Program-made: the position numbers and the translations under genes | From: Adineta vaga | Taxonomy: Eukaryota > Animalia > Rotifera | Length of the DNA: 64,000 bases | Direction: 5' to 3' | Assembly (NCBI GenBank): GCA_021613535.1 | Contig: CP075497.1 | Location: forward strand, 12,276,001-12,340,000 | Notes under the pieces: model-generated | Seen by the model: only the letters and a program-made list of their open reading frames with translations | What the model was told of the DNA's origin: nothing | The model's database searches: none | Shown: one piece after another, positions 39,954 to 57,662 of the stretch | Layout of the letters: each line of letters opens with the position of its first letter | Numbering within the stretch: position 1 is the first letter of the stretch

Positions 39954-40830
39954 TCATTTCTTCTTTTTCGAAGTAGTATTGGATTTATCTCGAAAATAAC
40001 TACTCGTTGTTGGTGTATTTGCTTCACGTTTTCGTTTCAGACTAGTATTCATCGAATCATCTTGATTTTCTTCATCTAACTTTGATCCAAATAAACAAGT
40101 GATTGTCAATAATCGATCTAATTTATACAGATCATATTTAATAGTTGTCATTTCAATTGTTTTTCTTAGCATTTCTTCTTTGGTTCGAGGCATTGTTGTT
40201 GCCATTTGTTTCAAAGCTTTTTCACTTAATATTGTGGAATATTTGATACTATATTCTGATGATAAGGATTTCAATTCATCTTTTAATTTCGCTAGACAAC
40301 TATCAACAAGACGATTATGTGTAGAATTTGTCGATGCAGTTGTTGTCACATTTGGATTTTCTTGATCTTCTAAACCAGCATGATAAGCTTGTGCTGTCAC
40401 TCCACTTTTCGACAGATATTGTGCACTTCTTTCACATTCAGCACGCGAAAAACAATAAACAATTCCACACAATCCAACAAATTGTTCACTTAAACATAAT
40501 TGCACTGTACGAGCTAATGCTCTATCAGTTTTTCCTTTGGTAAAACATTTATAAACAAGATTTGATCGATTAAATGATTGAATGAATAATTTTGAGAGAT
40601 GTCTTTCGATCTTCATTTGATGAAGCATGTCACGTTGAACACGAGGAGTTGCCGTTGCTGTTAACAATGTAAATGGAATATTTGGATATCGTTCACGTAA
40701 TGTACCGATTTTGACATAATCAGGACGGAAATCTTAACCTATAAACTTCGAAAATAAATAAAAGTTATGGATAGAAATATCTGTCCCCAATCAGAAATGT
40801 AATGCACATGATCAATGAGAAATCGTATTG
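39954..40830 (-). pseudogene. Internally deleted RecQ copy 1, with an open 237-codon RecA2-part/HRDC fusion
   Basis: Near-identical to the full gene from LTATA to YHAGLEDQE, then jumps to NPNV...HRDC. Upstream DEAH has decayed to DHVH, and GHDFR carries a TAA in place of His. Confidence 0.85.
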
Positions 40831-40994
40831 ATGTTTTTTTTCGTGTTAAGATGAGTATATAGTTCTTTGTATAGGTATGATTTTTATTTTAATTGTTTCA
40901 ACAGAAATGAACATATTAGAAAAAGTATGATGAAAGTCAAAATGATTACAAGAATGATAGATCCTGTATACAATTTCTTCTGATTAAATGCCAT

Positions 40995-41498
40995 TCAACC
41001 ATTAATACATTCGTACCATACAGAAGCATGTTCATACCAATTAACAGCATGTTCATGTCTTAATTTGTATAATACGATCACTATCCACAAGACGAAAGAA
41101 ATCATAATCATGGCCAAAACTGTGTGATAGGGTTGTGCACTAATCCATGCGATTGTCATGATTAATATTATAATTCCCATTAAGATAATAATGAAACTAG
41201 CCATCTTGTAATCAAACAAACGACCATGTTCTTTATCTACTAAGAAAACAATATGAAGTTGAAATAAATAAATAAATTTTACCGACCTGATTCAACTGGA
41301 GGCTCATCATCGTCGACAAAGTTCTGAAGGTTTTTGCTCTAGAGGAAGATACCAAATTTTGTTTGCTTTCTTATAATTCTAGTTTAATTTACGTACAAAA
41401 TTCATTGTATTCACACTGATTCGTTTGAAAGCCCCATATTCCAATTCCATTTCTTTAATAATTGGTTGCTGATTCGTTTTCTTAGTTCGTGAATTCAT
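40995..41498 (-). CDS. Small two-TM protein of unknown family, 3 exons, paralog of 43002-43544
   Basis: MNSRTKKTNQQPIIKEMELEYGAFKRISVNTMNF / SKNLQNFVDDDEPPVES / ...MASFIIILMGIIILIMTIAWI...TVLAMIMISFVLWIV, with GT-AG introns. Confidence 0.65.
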
Positions 41499-41969
41499 TT
41501 ACTTTTCTAAATGATGTACAGAAAGAAGAACGAATAAGGAATTTATATGATCTTTTCGTTTATATAGTCTCTCTCTCGATTCTCTTTTCTTTTGTTTCCA
41601 TAGTTATATATGCCTAGAAATGCTTCGATCACAAAACTAACAAATATAGTTGTATAAGGACGGAAACAAAGATCAAAATAAAAGAGAGATGAAATTGAAA
41701 TGAAAAAGTACGACGTCATTCTAACTGTCGTTCTGACTGGTCAAAGAACTAGTTATACTAATAAACGTAACTGATATTGATATTCCTATAAGTGAATTAT
41801 TACATCGATATATTTATCTGCATTTGTGAATGACTTTTATTTATTTTCGTTCTAATAATTGAATTCAAAAGTACATGTATATTCTAACATATGTTACAAA
41901 TCAGAAATAAGATAAAAAAAAGGCATCTTCAGTTTACATATAAAAAATCCGAAGTCAAAAATGATATGT

Positions 41970-42870
41970 TCATTTCTTTTTCTTTGAATTACTATTTGTT
42001 CTATCTTGAAAATAACTACTCGTTGTTGGTGTATTTGCTTCACGTTTTCGTTTCAAACTAGTATTCATCGAATCATCTTGATTTTCTTCATCTAACTTTG
42101 ATCCAAATAAACAAGTGATTGTCAATAATCGATCTAATTTATACAGATCATATTTAATAGTTGTCATTTCAATTGTTTTTCTTAGCATTTCTTCTTTGGT
42201 TCGAGGCATTGTTGTTGCCATTTGTTTCAAAGCTTTTTCACTTAATATTGTGGAATATTTGATACTATATTCTGATGATAAGGATTTCAATTCATCTTTT
42301 AATTTCGCTAGACAACTATCAACAAGACGATTATGTGTAGAATTTGTCGATGCAGTTGTTGTCACATTTGGATTTTCTTGATCTTCTAAACCAGCATGAT
42401 AAGCTTGTGCTGTCACTCCACTTTTCGACAGATATTGTGCACTTCTTTCACATTCAGCACGCGAAAAACAATAAACAATTCCACACAATCCAACAAATTG
42501 TTCACTTAAACATAATTGCACTGTACGAGCTAATGCTCCATCAGTTTTTCCTTTGGTAAAACATTTATAAACAAGATTTGATCGATTAAATGATTGAATA
42601 AATGATTTTGAGAGATGTCTTTCGATCTTCATTTGATGAAGCATATCACGTTGAACACGAGGAGTTGCCGTTGCTGTTAACAATGTAAATGGAATATTTG
42701 GATATCGTTCACGTAATGTATCAATTTATACATAATCGGGACGAAAATCGTGACCTAGAGATGATGAAGAGATTGCGCTGTGGAATCGCAACTATGGATA
42801 GAAAGTATTGTCATAGCCTATTTGGAAATACAACGTTCTTCATCTATAAGAAGACTTGCTAGATTATTTT
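41970..42870 (-). pseudogene. Internally deleted RecQ copy 2, with the same 237-codon fusion
   Basis: Same EDQE-NPNV junction as copy 1. Upstream exon decayed to NNLASLLIDEERCISK*. Confidence 0.85.
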
Positions 42871-43001
42871 ATCTAATGATTAGAAAATAATTTCTTTTAA
42901 CAGATTTGACTTTTTTATTTTTATTTTATTTGAAGAAAAATGAACATATTGGAGAAAAGCTTTGATTATATCATAACATGTGTCACGTAAAAAATTTGAA
43001 T

Positions 43002-43544
43002 TTATTTTGTGTTTGTAGTAGATGATGAGCCATTAGTTGAGCGATAATAATCGAAGATATATCCACACCAATAACGGATACAGGCATTGAAATTCTGAAG
43101 TTGTGAAGAGAACAATCCATACAAGATCCACGACATGAACGAAGCCATAATCATGGAGAAAACTGTATCAGTTCGTAATTCGTGAATCCATGCGACTGTC
43201 ATGATAATAAAACCTATTATCGATAAGATGAAGGCATGGTGCTTCGTTTCATAATGATATGGCTGATCGTGAGGTTGTTCGTGAACTGAAAAAGACGATA
43301 TGAATCAGGAATATATATTTTTATTTTACTTACTTGGTTCAGCTGGAGAGTCATCGTCAACAACATTTTGTAAATTTTGTTTCTATACAAAATACAGAAT
43401 AAGTTTTCCTTATGCTTTCTTTTAATTCTAGTTTAATTTACGTACAAAATTGATTGTATGCTGATTTATTCGTTTAGATGTACCAAATTCTTCTTCTAAT
43501 ATATCAATTGTTGTTTTCTTTTACTTTTCGTTTGTGTTGTCCAT
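43002..43544 (-). pseudogene. Paralog of the small two-TM gene with an in-frame TAA at codon 8
   Basis: ATG GAC AAC ACA AAC GAA AAG TAA, then EEEFGTSKRINQHTINF / KQNLQNVVDDDSPAEP / ...MTVAWI...TVFSMIMASFMSWIL. Intron positions match 40995-41498. Confidence 0.6.
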
Positions 43545-44072
43545 TTGTTTCTCGAGTATAGAATGTGAGATGTTTATATTCTTTTCGGTTATATACTACG
43601 TGCATTCCTCTCTCTCTCTTGCTATTATCTGTATTTCTTAGTTTTGCGAGACGAAATCAAATAACATCGACGAATACGTTTACTTTTTGCTTTTGTTCTG
43701 GTATATACATCTGCCTAGGAACGCTTCGATCACGAAACTAACAAATATAGTTGTATAAGCACAGAAACAAAGATCAAAATAAAAGAGAGATGAAATTGAA
43801 ATGAAAAAGTACGACGTCATTCTAACTGTCGTTCTGACTGATCAAAGAACTAGTTATACTAATAAACGTAACTGATATTGATATTCCTATAAGTGAATTA
43901 TTACATCGATATATTTATCTGCATTTGTGAATGACTTTTATTTATTTTCGTTCTAATAATTGAATTCAAAATTACATGTATATTCTAACATATGTTACAA
44001 ATCAGAAATAAGATTAAAAAAAAAGGCATTTTCAGTTTACATATAAAAAATCCGAAGTCAAAAATGATATGT

Positions 44073-47351
<3,279 letters not shown>

Positions 47352-47569
47352 ATCTGACTTATTTTTATGAATTTCATCAATTTTCTTTATCAGAAATCTC
47401 AAATAAAAATCAATATTTCATTAATATTTTTTTTTTCTAATTCCGAAAAAAAAGAAATCTATTGAAGCATAAATTGTTTAATGTTTAAGAGAAGAAATAC
47501 ATACATTCATGTTGTGGAGTAAACAAACAAACAAGAAGAAGAACTGTGAGCACACTCAAAAAAATTTCA

Positions 47570-48351
<782 letters not shown>

Positions 48352-48650
48352 GAATTATTTGTTTAAGAAAAAGAACCGATAAAAATCTATCTAAAAGATA
48401 AATTTCACAACCGAATTATTGTGCAACTAAATATCAATGTCAGACGATCTCTACTTATTATATGACCCCAGTTTACTAGTAAAAGAAAGAAAGAAAACAA
48501 AGAAGAAGAAGAAGATAGAATCATTTCATTTATATATATATAAAATCGTTCTATCTGACAACTCGCTATACATCTGAACAAAAATAATAATAAGAATAAA
48601 TTAATTGTTTACAGATAGCACAAAAAAGAAGGAAAGAAAAACAGATAATT

Positions 48651-50780
48651 TCATGTCCATTTATATAAACGAACTTGATTATCGCTTAATGTACATAAAT
48701 GTTGCCGAGTTAAACATACATCAACTATATCACATTGAGTAGGAACTTTAAATGAAGGTGTATCTGATGATTGACGAATATTCCATAATTCAATCTAAAA
48801 CAAAATCTTTTATTGTGAATTTCGAAAGATAAAAAATACTTACTCCATGTGCGCCATTGTTCGATGCGACAATATAAGTTTCGAAATTTTTGTGAATGAT
48901 CTTTGATCGAGACAAAACAATATTAACACTTGCTCCGATAAATGTTTGAATTAATTGAAGAGAAACAATAAATGATTGATCAGAATCTTCAACGGGTCGT
49001 GTAACTAATTCATAAAGTTCATGTCGAGCTGGACTTGATGGAGGACGAAATGATGCTAATAAACGATTCGTAGTCGAATCATAATGAAGACTAGATAAAT
49101 TTTCTACAAAAACAAAACAATGAATTGTCCATAGAATGACTCATTTCAACTTACTATCAATAGGTAATGCATGATAACGATATTCACTATTTGGCACATG
49201 TTCATAAAAGCCACTTTTATCATTACTTCCAACAAGTAATCCACTAGATTGAAAATTTGAATTCCGTTGAATATATTGTAGACCAACAATAGGCGATGTG
49301 GTTGATAAACTTAATGTTTCAATACTTGATGATAATGTTGTTTCACCTGTTTGAATTTGTCGCCGATCAAATACTTGAACACGACCATTATTCAATCCAG
49401 CATAAATTATATTTGGATCATCAAGATTCCATGCACAACTCCATACTTGGGAGGCACATTCACATCTAAATTGTAGAATAAGAAAATTCTATTGGAAAAA
49501 TAGATTTTCTTACAAAAGATTAAATGTATTTCTTGTATAATCGAATATACGCATTGTTTTATCCCAAGCACAAGATAGAAGAAGATCACCATGAAGTTGA
49601 ATATCACGAATTGGTTTCGTATGACGAAGTGTTGTATATTCAGGTGCACGACCACCATCAATAAGACTTATCTATTCAAATAAAACCTCATTGTATGTCT
49701 TCGTTATTCATTCTTATTCTTTACCTTTTTAATTCCATATCCTGGGTATAAACTATTATTTGTTGGTTGACTAACAAACAGCCATTGATGTGATGGAGCA
49801 TATGCGAGAACACGACACATTCCCTACGAAAAAATGACGTTTTATTTCAATTTCAAAAGCAAAAAATATTCGGTTTTACTTCGGGAATTTTAATAACACT
49901 TTCTAATCGCATTGTAATTGGCGGAGGTGGTGCAATGACATTTGCATTTGTTGTTTCTGTTGAAGATTCTTCATTTGTTTCTCCAAGATTTGTTAGACCT
50001 TGTGTCATTCTAAATAAATCAATATTTTTTTCTTCTTATTTTTAAAGGAAAGCTTTTTTTACCTTAATAAACGATCATGTTCATTTTGTAAACGTTTTAA
50101 TTGATCTTTAATCATATCATAAGCTAATTGCAATTCAGCTTTTTCATATGCAAGTTTTTTTCGTGCTTTTTTTTCTAAATCTCTTTCTCGAATAGCATTA
50201 TCTCGTTCACTCGTGTCCAATAGTTGTAATGCTCGACAATAAATTCTTCGGAGATCTTTTTTCTTCACTGTTGATTGACATTGAGGACATTTTGCGGATG
50301 TACGAAGCCATTTTTCAATACAACTAAAGTGAAAACAAAGTATTCGAGAGGGCTTTTTGTTTTATTTGAAAGAAACAAACATTCTGCCAAATAAATGACC
50401 ACATTCAGTTGCAACAAGACGATGTTGACCAGAATTTGTCCATTCTTCAAGACAAATCGGACAAACTTCGGCATCATTTTGTATAATTGTTCGTGAAATA
50501 TCTTCTTTTTCCTCATCATCATCACTTTCATCTGATTTCGTCTTCTTTCGTTTATTCGATGATGATGTGATTGGTCTGGGTAATCTTTCGAGTTCTTGTG
50601 AAGATGTGGAAGATGAACGACGTCGATGATTTATTGATGTATCATCAGTAGTTATTGATGTATCTAGATTGATTAGTTCAGGAAGTACAGCTTGATTTAA
50701 ATCATCATTATCATCAATTGTAACTAAAATATTTATTTAAATTATTCGATTTTCTTTTATTGAATTCTGAACTTACTCAT
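48651..50780 (-). CDS. RFWD3: RING + coiled-coil + WD40 E3 ubiquitin ligase RFWD3 (FANCW)
   Basis: [34 protein letters not shown]...CPQC, coiled coil, CRVLAY, GYGIKK, VWSCAW...IYAGLNNGRVQVFD; ends VRLYKWT*. Confidence 0.9.
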
Positions 50781-51605
50781 AATGAAAATGAGAAGAAATG
50801 ATGTGATCAAATGTTCAATATAATGATGAATTTCAAGGTACTAATATAATGTGAGAATGAGAATGAAACAAAAAATAAATAAATAACGAACAGATTTGTT
50901 ATGAAGAACAGTCATCTGTTTTTGATTTTATCCAATCAGTGATTTGATTTAGAAGAAGCTTGACAACCGAATGAATAATCTTAAATAAATAGTTGAAAAA
51001 TAAATTCGACGATAAAAACGAAGTTTTTATACAAAATTATAAACAAATAACATACTGATTAGAGAATCATATTACTAATGACATCTATCATTCTATTGTA
51101 CCATTTTTTTCCCTGAACACTGTTCTAGCATTTTTACGTATACAAGTCTATTTGTCTTCACATACGATAATAGAATTGACACGTTGTCATAATATACATG
51201 ATGAATCCATTCGATGTGTTTTGTATTCAGAAGCGTCATTCGCTTTCTCTTTCTAATCAGAAACCATATATAGATAAGAAATTTCCAACAAAAGACTGCT
51301 GAAATCCCACTTTGAAGACCATATAAACGGAATTTTCTAAAGCACGGATCGCAAACTTCCGTTTTTTCTCTATTAATTTTCGGAAGCAATGGGGCATAAT
51401 CTTCATGCCATTGATTGTATCATCATAATTTGTAAACAAAGATTTAACATACAATTTAAGAAAAATAATAATTGATCACAGTTTATTTTCAAGATTAATA
51501 GCACGAAATACTAACATTTTGTTACGAATAGATTAGAAAAATAGCACAAACGAATGAAAAGACATGCAAAACGAACTCAGAAGCAAATTTTTGAATACTG
51601 TTGTT

Positions 51606-52284
51606 CTATTCAGCTGGTTGCTAAATCGAAACAAAATAATTTTATTATAAGAAAATCAATGATTAAAAATAACAAACTTCTAATGGTGGTAAATCATTCG
51701 GAATATTAAATGTTTGCCGAACTTGTTCAGGTGTTTTGTCTTTTATCATATCAGCTATAGTTTTACATGCCATATCGAGTAAAGTCATCATACCCAAATA
51801 ATTCGAAGCCTTAAAAAGAAAAAAACGGAATGTTTTTATTCTCTTCTTTAATTGGTCAAACAAACCATAATTATTTCAAAAATCATTTGTTGTTCAATTT
51901 CAAAGTATTTTTTATCCCATTCTTGAAGACTAACAAATCGTTTTGCTTGAGGAGTACCATCTTCAGTGTCAACTTCATCTTTCTGATGGTATTCAGCCCA
52001 TTGTATAATCTATGAACAAATATCGAATACTTTCATATTCGATTGAATAAAAACTTACTTTTTTCAAAACTTCAGTATTCACATTAGTTAATTCAATGGG
52101 TTTTTCCGATGTATCAACAGTACCGAATGCTACAATCAAGAATCGGTATTCTTAAAAATACAATTTTTATCTTCTTTTTACCTTCATACATGTTCTTGAT
52201 AGGTGCCCATTGTTTTGCAATAGCTAAATCAACTTCTAAAACATCTTTATCACTTGTTTCAACTCGAATTTTATCAGCAGACAT
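51606..52284 (-). CDS. Divergent SKP1 paralog with truncated C-terminus
   Basis: [20 protein letters not shown]...[17 protein letters not shown]...EWDKKYF...[44 protein letters not shown] / QPAE*. Intron positions match SKP1. Confidence 0.85.
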
Positions 52285-52882
52285 GTTTCGATTTAGAACT
52301 CACGAAAATTAATATCTATAATCATAGTCAAGGTCAAATAGAAATTATACAAATGCAAAGCAAAAAGTCAATCGATCTGCTATAGAATAAATAGATGTGA
52401 TAGCTTCACCAGATGACCTATTAGAATTGTATATAACTGATGAAATGATATAGCACAAGCAAATATACATCAGACGAATAAAAAAGCAATTTTAAAGGGG
52501 TTTTCTTCCTACATTAAGGATCATAATAAAACAAAAAAGCATAAGAACATTTCATTTGGATTGCGAAAAACATGTTATTTCTCAGTAGTGACATCTTTTG
52601 AAAAGTATTTTTGATTAATTAAATGTTGAGTTCATTTTTTTATTTTACAAGAAATAAAATCGAGTTTTTTCTATTGAATAAGTATTAATAAAATTTAATT
52701 TGATCTGAAGTTCAGATGTAACACTTGGTAAACTAAAGAAAAAATCCAAGAAAATGAATATCTATCTGTTGTTTAGAAATATTTTCTTCTTTGGATATTT
52801 AGTGAATTGTTTTCTTTATTTAGATTTATTTCGATTTAAACTTACTTCAATAGAAAATGAAGATGTTTAAAGGGAAAATTCA

Positions 52883-54792
52883 ATGAGTATTCGTTCTTCT
52901 TCATCAACACTTCTAACCAATTTACATCAAGAGGTAAAAATAGAAAAATATTTATTTCTTCAAATTGAATTTTTTTCTTTTGATTGAATCAGAATGAAAA
53001 TCTGGTTTTCGAACCACTTTTGACATCTGATCAAACTATTGAACAAGTAAGTCTTGATTTTCTAGAAATCAATATGGATTTAGTATGTTTATGAGATTTA
53101 TTCTTTCTCCTCTGTAATTGTAATGTTAGCCTACTGATCGTCTATTTCGAAGCGATGAACAACGAGATTCGAATTCTATGTTCATTTCGAGACTAAAAGA
53201 TTTTCGTAAGTGCTTGAACACACAACGCTTTTTTAGAATAACCTCTCCTTTCAATTTCATATTTCTGATTATATGTAAAAGTTATATGGAATTATTTAGG
53301 TTGTAGAATGACTGTTCGATCTCCTCGACAATGTTGTTATGAATCAGTAAAATCAATTCCCGTTTTGTTTATTCTCGCAATTGTAACTTGGTCTTATTAT
53401 GCTTACGTTGTTCAAATGTGTATTTGTAAGATTTCTTAACAGAAAAGAAAGTTTCATTTGAAATCGTTTTTTAGTCACAATCGACGATATTCCGAAAAAA
53501 GGTAATAGAATCTTTCAAAGCTCTATAAAACCAAAGACTCCTTAATTTTAGTGATCTATTTATGTGTCTATCATCCATTATTAATTTTGTTTCTTTGGTC
53601 TTATTATCGTACAATGTTTGCGCCAGTTTTTCATCCAACAAGCGAAGTAAATTATAAGATTATCTATGAATATTTCATTGGTTTTCTTTAGTTTTATGTT
53701 AGTAAAACAGATGGTGAACAAATTGCATCAGCACAATTAATTGAAGAACGACGTGCTGGATTACTTCGTCTTGCTCGTCAAGCGAATTTACCTTTATTAA
53801 CACGACATTTTGATGGAAGTAAGAGAAAAGTTTCTTTTGTTTCAATGAGAAATAAATAGTTTGATTTGTTTAAGGTATTCGTTATTGTTTTGTTTGTCAA
53901 TGTATTAAACCAGATCGTGCTCATCATTGTTCTGTATGTGAAAAATGTGTTTTACGATATGATCATCATTGTCCATGGTAAATCATTCTCTTTTAATAAA
54001 AACGATAAACAAATTTTTCTTTTTTTGTTAAGGACTAATAGTTGTGTTTCATTTGGAAATTATAAATTTTTTGTGTTATTTCTTGGTTGGGCTTTTCTTT
54101 TCTGTATTTATGTAGCAGCAACTTCATTAGAATATTTTATTGAATTTTGGAAGGTAAACTATTTTAATTCATTAAACAAAACAAAAAAAGGATTTATATG
54201 TGTTGATTTAGAGTGCAACAAATGCTCAAAGGGTAAATATTTGTGTGAGAAATAATTTGACATTCTTTTGTCTTGTTTTCGTCAATACAGAGTGGAGATG
54301 CATCAGCAATATCAGCGAGACAATTTCATCTACTTTTTCTGTTTTTCGTGGCTGTTATGTTTGGAGTTAGTGTTTCATCATTATTCTTTTATCATTTATT
54401 TCTAACGGGAAAAAATCGAACAACAATAGGTAAGGAAAAACAAACTAGAATCAACGATGAAAACGTTTTCTTTTTGAGTAGAATCATTTCGAGCACCGAT
54501 GTTTGAAAATCGACCAGAAAAAGATGGGTTTGATTTAGGATGGAAAAGAAATTATCAAGAAATATTCGGAACAAATCTTTTCAAAGCATTTCTACCTTTA
54601 TCAACAACGTAGGTTTATCTTTCGGATTTGATTTCAAGAAAATTTCTCCTTTCTTTTCTCTCATTGAATAGACGAGGTGATGGAATTCATTATCAAATCA
54701 ATAGTATGTTATTAACTAATTCACAGCAACAAATTGAAACTTCGCCAAGTGAAATAAGAATCAACGATATTCCAACATCTAATCAAAAGTAA
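52883..54792 (+). CDS. DHHC palmitoyltransferase, ZDHHC2/15/20 clade
   Basis: [62 protein letters not shown]. Three short 5' exons splice in frame to M at 53308. Confidence 0.92.
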
Positions 54793-55082
54793 AAGATATT
54801 TTATGAATAAGTTCACATTGGATGAAGTTTTTTTTTTGTTTAGTGAAAATGGATTTCCACCAATTGAAACTCCATTGAATACTGATCGAAATTATTTATT
54901 AAATGTCGATCAAAATAATCGATGAAAACCCAATATTTTTTTTCTCTATTTAATCGATCTTAATTAATTTGTTTTGTTCGTTAAAACGATAGAAATATAT
55001 CTATTTTTTCATTGAGGAAAATTGTAGGAATGTAAATATATTCTAGATTATAACGAAACAAAACCATCTAAATCGAATATCA

Positions 55083-55638
55083 ATGGCCAATACAAAAGGT
55101 AAAAAAGGCGAAAGTGGCAGTAACAAAAAACAAATAACAAACGAAGTTGTTACTCGCGAATATACTGTCAATTTACATAAACGATTACATGGAGTGTAAG
55201 TTGAATTGAAACAAAGAAACGTATTTTTTTTAAATATCTTTTCTGTACATAGAGCTTTCAAAAAACGCGCACCACGTGCAGTTAAAGAATTAAAAAAATT
55301 CGCTGAAAAAATGATGAAAACACCTGATGTTCGTATTGATTCAAAATTAAACAAAGAAATTTGGTCACAAGGCATCAAGTCTGTTCATTTTTTCTCTCTC
55401 GGTCGCTTTGTTTTGACTTTATTTATTTAGTCATGTTCCTTATCGTGTTCGAGTTCGTTTAGCTCGTCAACGTAATGAAGATGAAGATTCGTTACACAAA
55501 CTCTACACATTAGTTACATTCGTTCGAGTACCAGCATTCAAAGGTTTCTATTTTGTTGATTTACTTGTTTAATTTTACAAAAAATAAAATCTTCTTTCTT
55601 TTTTAGGATTACTCACAACTAATGTTGATAATGAATAA
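55083..55638 (+). CDS. RPL31: 60S ribosomal protein L31 (eL31)
   Basis: [56 protein letters not shown]; 3 introns. Confidence 0.97.
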
Positions 55639-56266
55639 ACAAAACGAAAACATTGAATAACATCAGAACAAGAAACAAGAACTCGATGATTTTTCTCTCA
55701 GTTGTTTTGTTATTTGAAAAAAAATAAAAATTGAGAGATAAGACGAATGGTTTTACATTCATTCGCCCAACAAAAAAAACATGATATTGACGATTTCTAA
55801 GAACAAAAAAAATGTTATTCTCAACTGAGAATTCATTGAAGATGATTATACGCCTGATGATCGATCAGTTCAATCATATGCCGTTTTTTAGTCTTGTAAA
55901 AGCTGATTGTTATGTGTGTGTGTCTTAGTAATTATTCTCATGTGATTGCTCTTGCAATCGACATGAGGGGAATTCTCTCTACAAAGTGATTACATTAGAA
56001 TTGAGTGAACGAGAAAGAAGAACAGATTAGTAAACGGACTGTAGTGATCATCATCATCACTATTATTGATGAGTCCCATTGGGATAAGACGAGAAAGAAA
56101 TAGAGAGAAGACACATTTTTTTCTTCTTCTTCTTTTTAGTATAGTCGATTTAGTTGACAACATCGACTTGTTTTTTATGCATCAGTAATACAACGAGTAA
56201 CATAGGGTACATCATCCCTAATAGATTGAGAGAGAACGCGCAGATTGACAAGATTATCGAAATTCG

Positions 56267-56879
56267 ATGGAAACGATTGATAAAACTATCAATAATAATG
56301 ATGATGATCGTGATCAGACAATGTTAAAAACAAATAATAATAAGAGAAAACAAGGTAAGAGTCTGTTTCTTTTTCATGAGAATTTAGATTGAACATAATA
56401 ATTTAGATGATGATTCAAAACAATCACGACAATTAACATCTAAAGTATTTCGATCAGAATCAACATCATTACCCTTTGGTATTGCTAATGTTCTTCAGTC
56501 TACAAATGAATCATCAAAAACTTCTCATATACCAAAAATAACATCTTTATCAACAACAAATCCATGGTTAATGACTTTACATCATTTATCTCAATCATCT
56601 TCAACAGCAGCTTTAGCAAATGCATCAAATTGGTGTGCAAAATGTTCAATACAATTTCGTTTAACAAGTGAATTAGTTCATCATATTCGTGTTCATCATG
56701 CAACGCGACGTACTCATCATCATCACCATCATCATCATTATCAAATATCAACAGAATTACCAACAACAAGAAAAACATTCTCAAATTCTTCATCATCAAC
56801 AAGTCTTACTTGTCATATTTGCTGTGAAACATTTCGAGAAAGACATCATCTAACACGTCATATGACTTCACATCGTTAG
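56267..56879 (+). CDS. C2H2 zinc-finger protein of PRDM8/ZNF488 type, no PR/SET domain seen
   Basis: NWCAKCSIQFRLTSELVHHIRVHH and CHICCETFRERHHLTRHMTSH match the PRDM8/ZNF488 finger pair. One intron at ~56355-56407. Confidence 0.8.
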
Positions 56880-57662
56880 TTGATTCCATGTTTCTCTATT
56901 TTATCTAATTGTATCACAGAAATATACATACGTATTTAAGTCTATTTTTGATTTCCTTTTAGTTCATCGGATATTGAAAGAATAAAATAATACATTTGAT
57001 GTCTTTCTATTCCTCATTTCAGTACATAAATATTTCAAAAAAATTTTAATTCATATGCAATGGACGTACACAATCTCCTGATTAACATAATTATTTTTAC
57101 AAAAATCATCAAATTCTTGTCTAATTTCTTCTTGAAATTCAGTTTCGGATGAAATCAGTTCTTTTGAAATAGATGGCAGAAGTTCTATTCAAAACAACAG
57201 ATGATAATCATCTAATATTATCGAAATTTTCAAAGATTCACCTACTGTAACTCTATTTATAAGAAGATGGAAATGGATCAGAGACTTCTTTTGCTGATTA
57301 TGTTATATAGATTGAACTGCTGCTTTTTCATATGTTATGATTTTTGTTCACAACACTATAGATCATACTTTGTCCGTGATAGAACTTCTCTTCTTTTGAT
57401 TTTCCTTTCTTTTTCTTGTCTCTACATAAATACAAAGACACGTGTACGCCTGTTACGTTGGAGCGAATGCATGATGAGGATAATCAAAGTGAAATCATTT
57501 CTAACAAACAATTTTTTCTAATTTTACCTATAAATGTAGATCGACACAACGTGAACTACTCATAGTAACGAATACCCAGTTGATATTCTCAATTAAGACT
57601 ATTCCATTTTTTTCGTCTACTAATATCAAAATATCTGTGATACTGTACTTAGTTGTATCACT

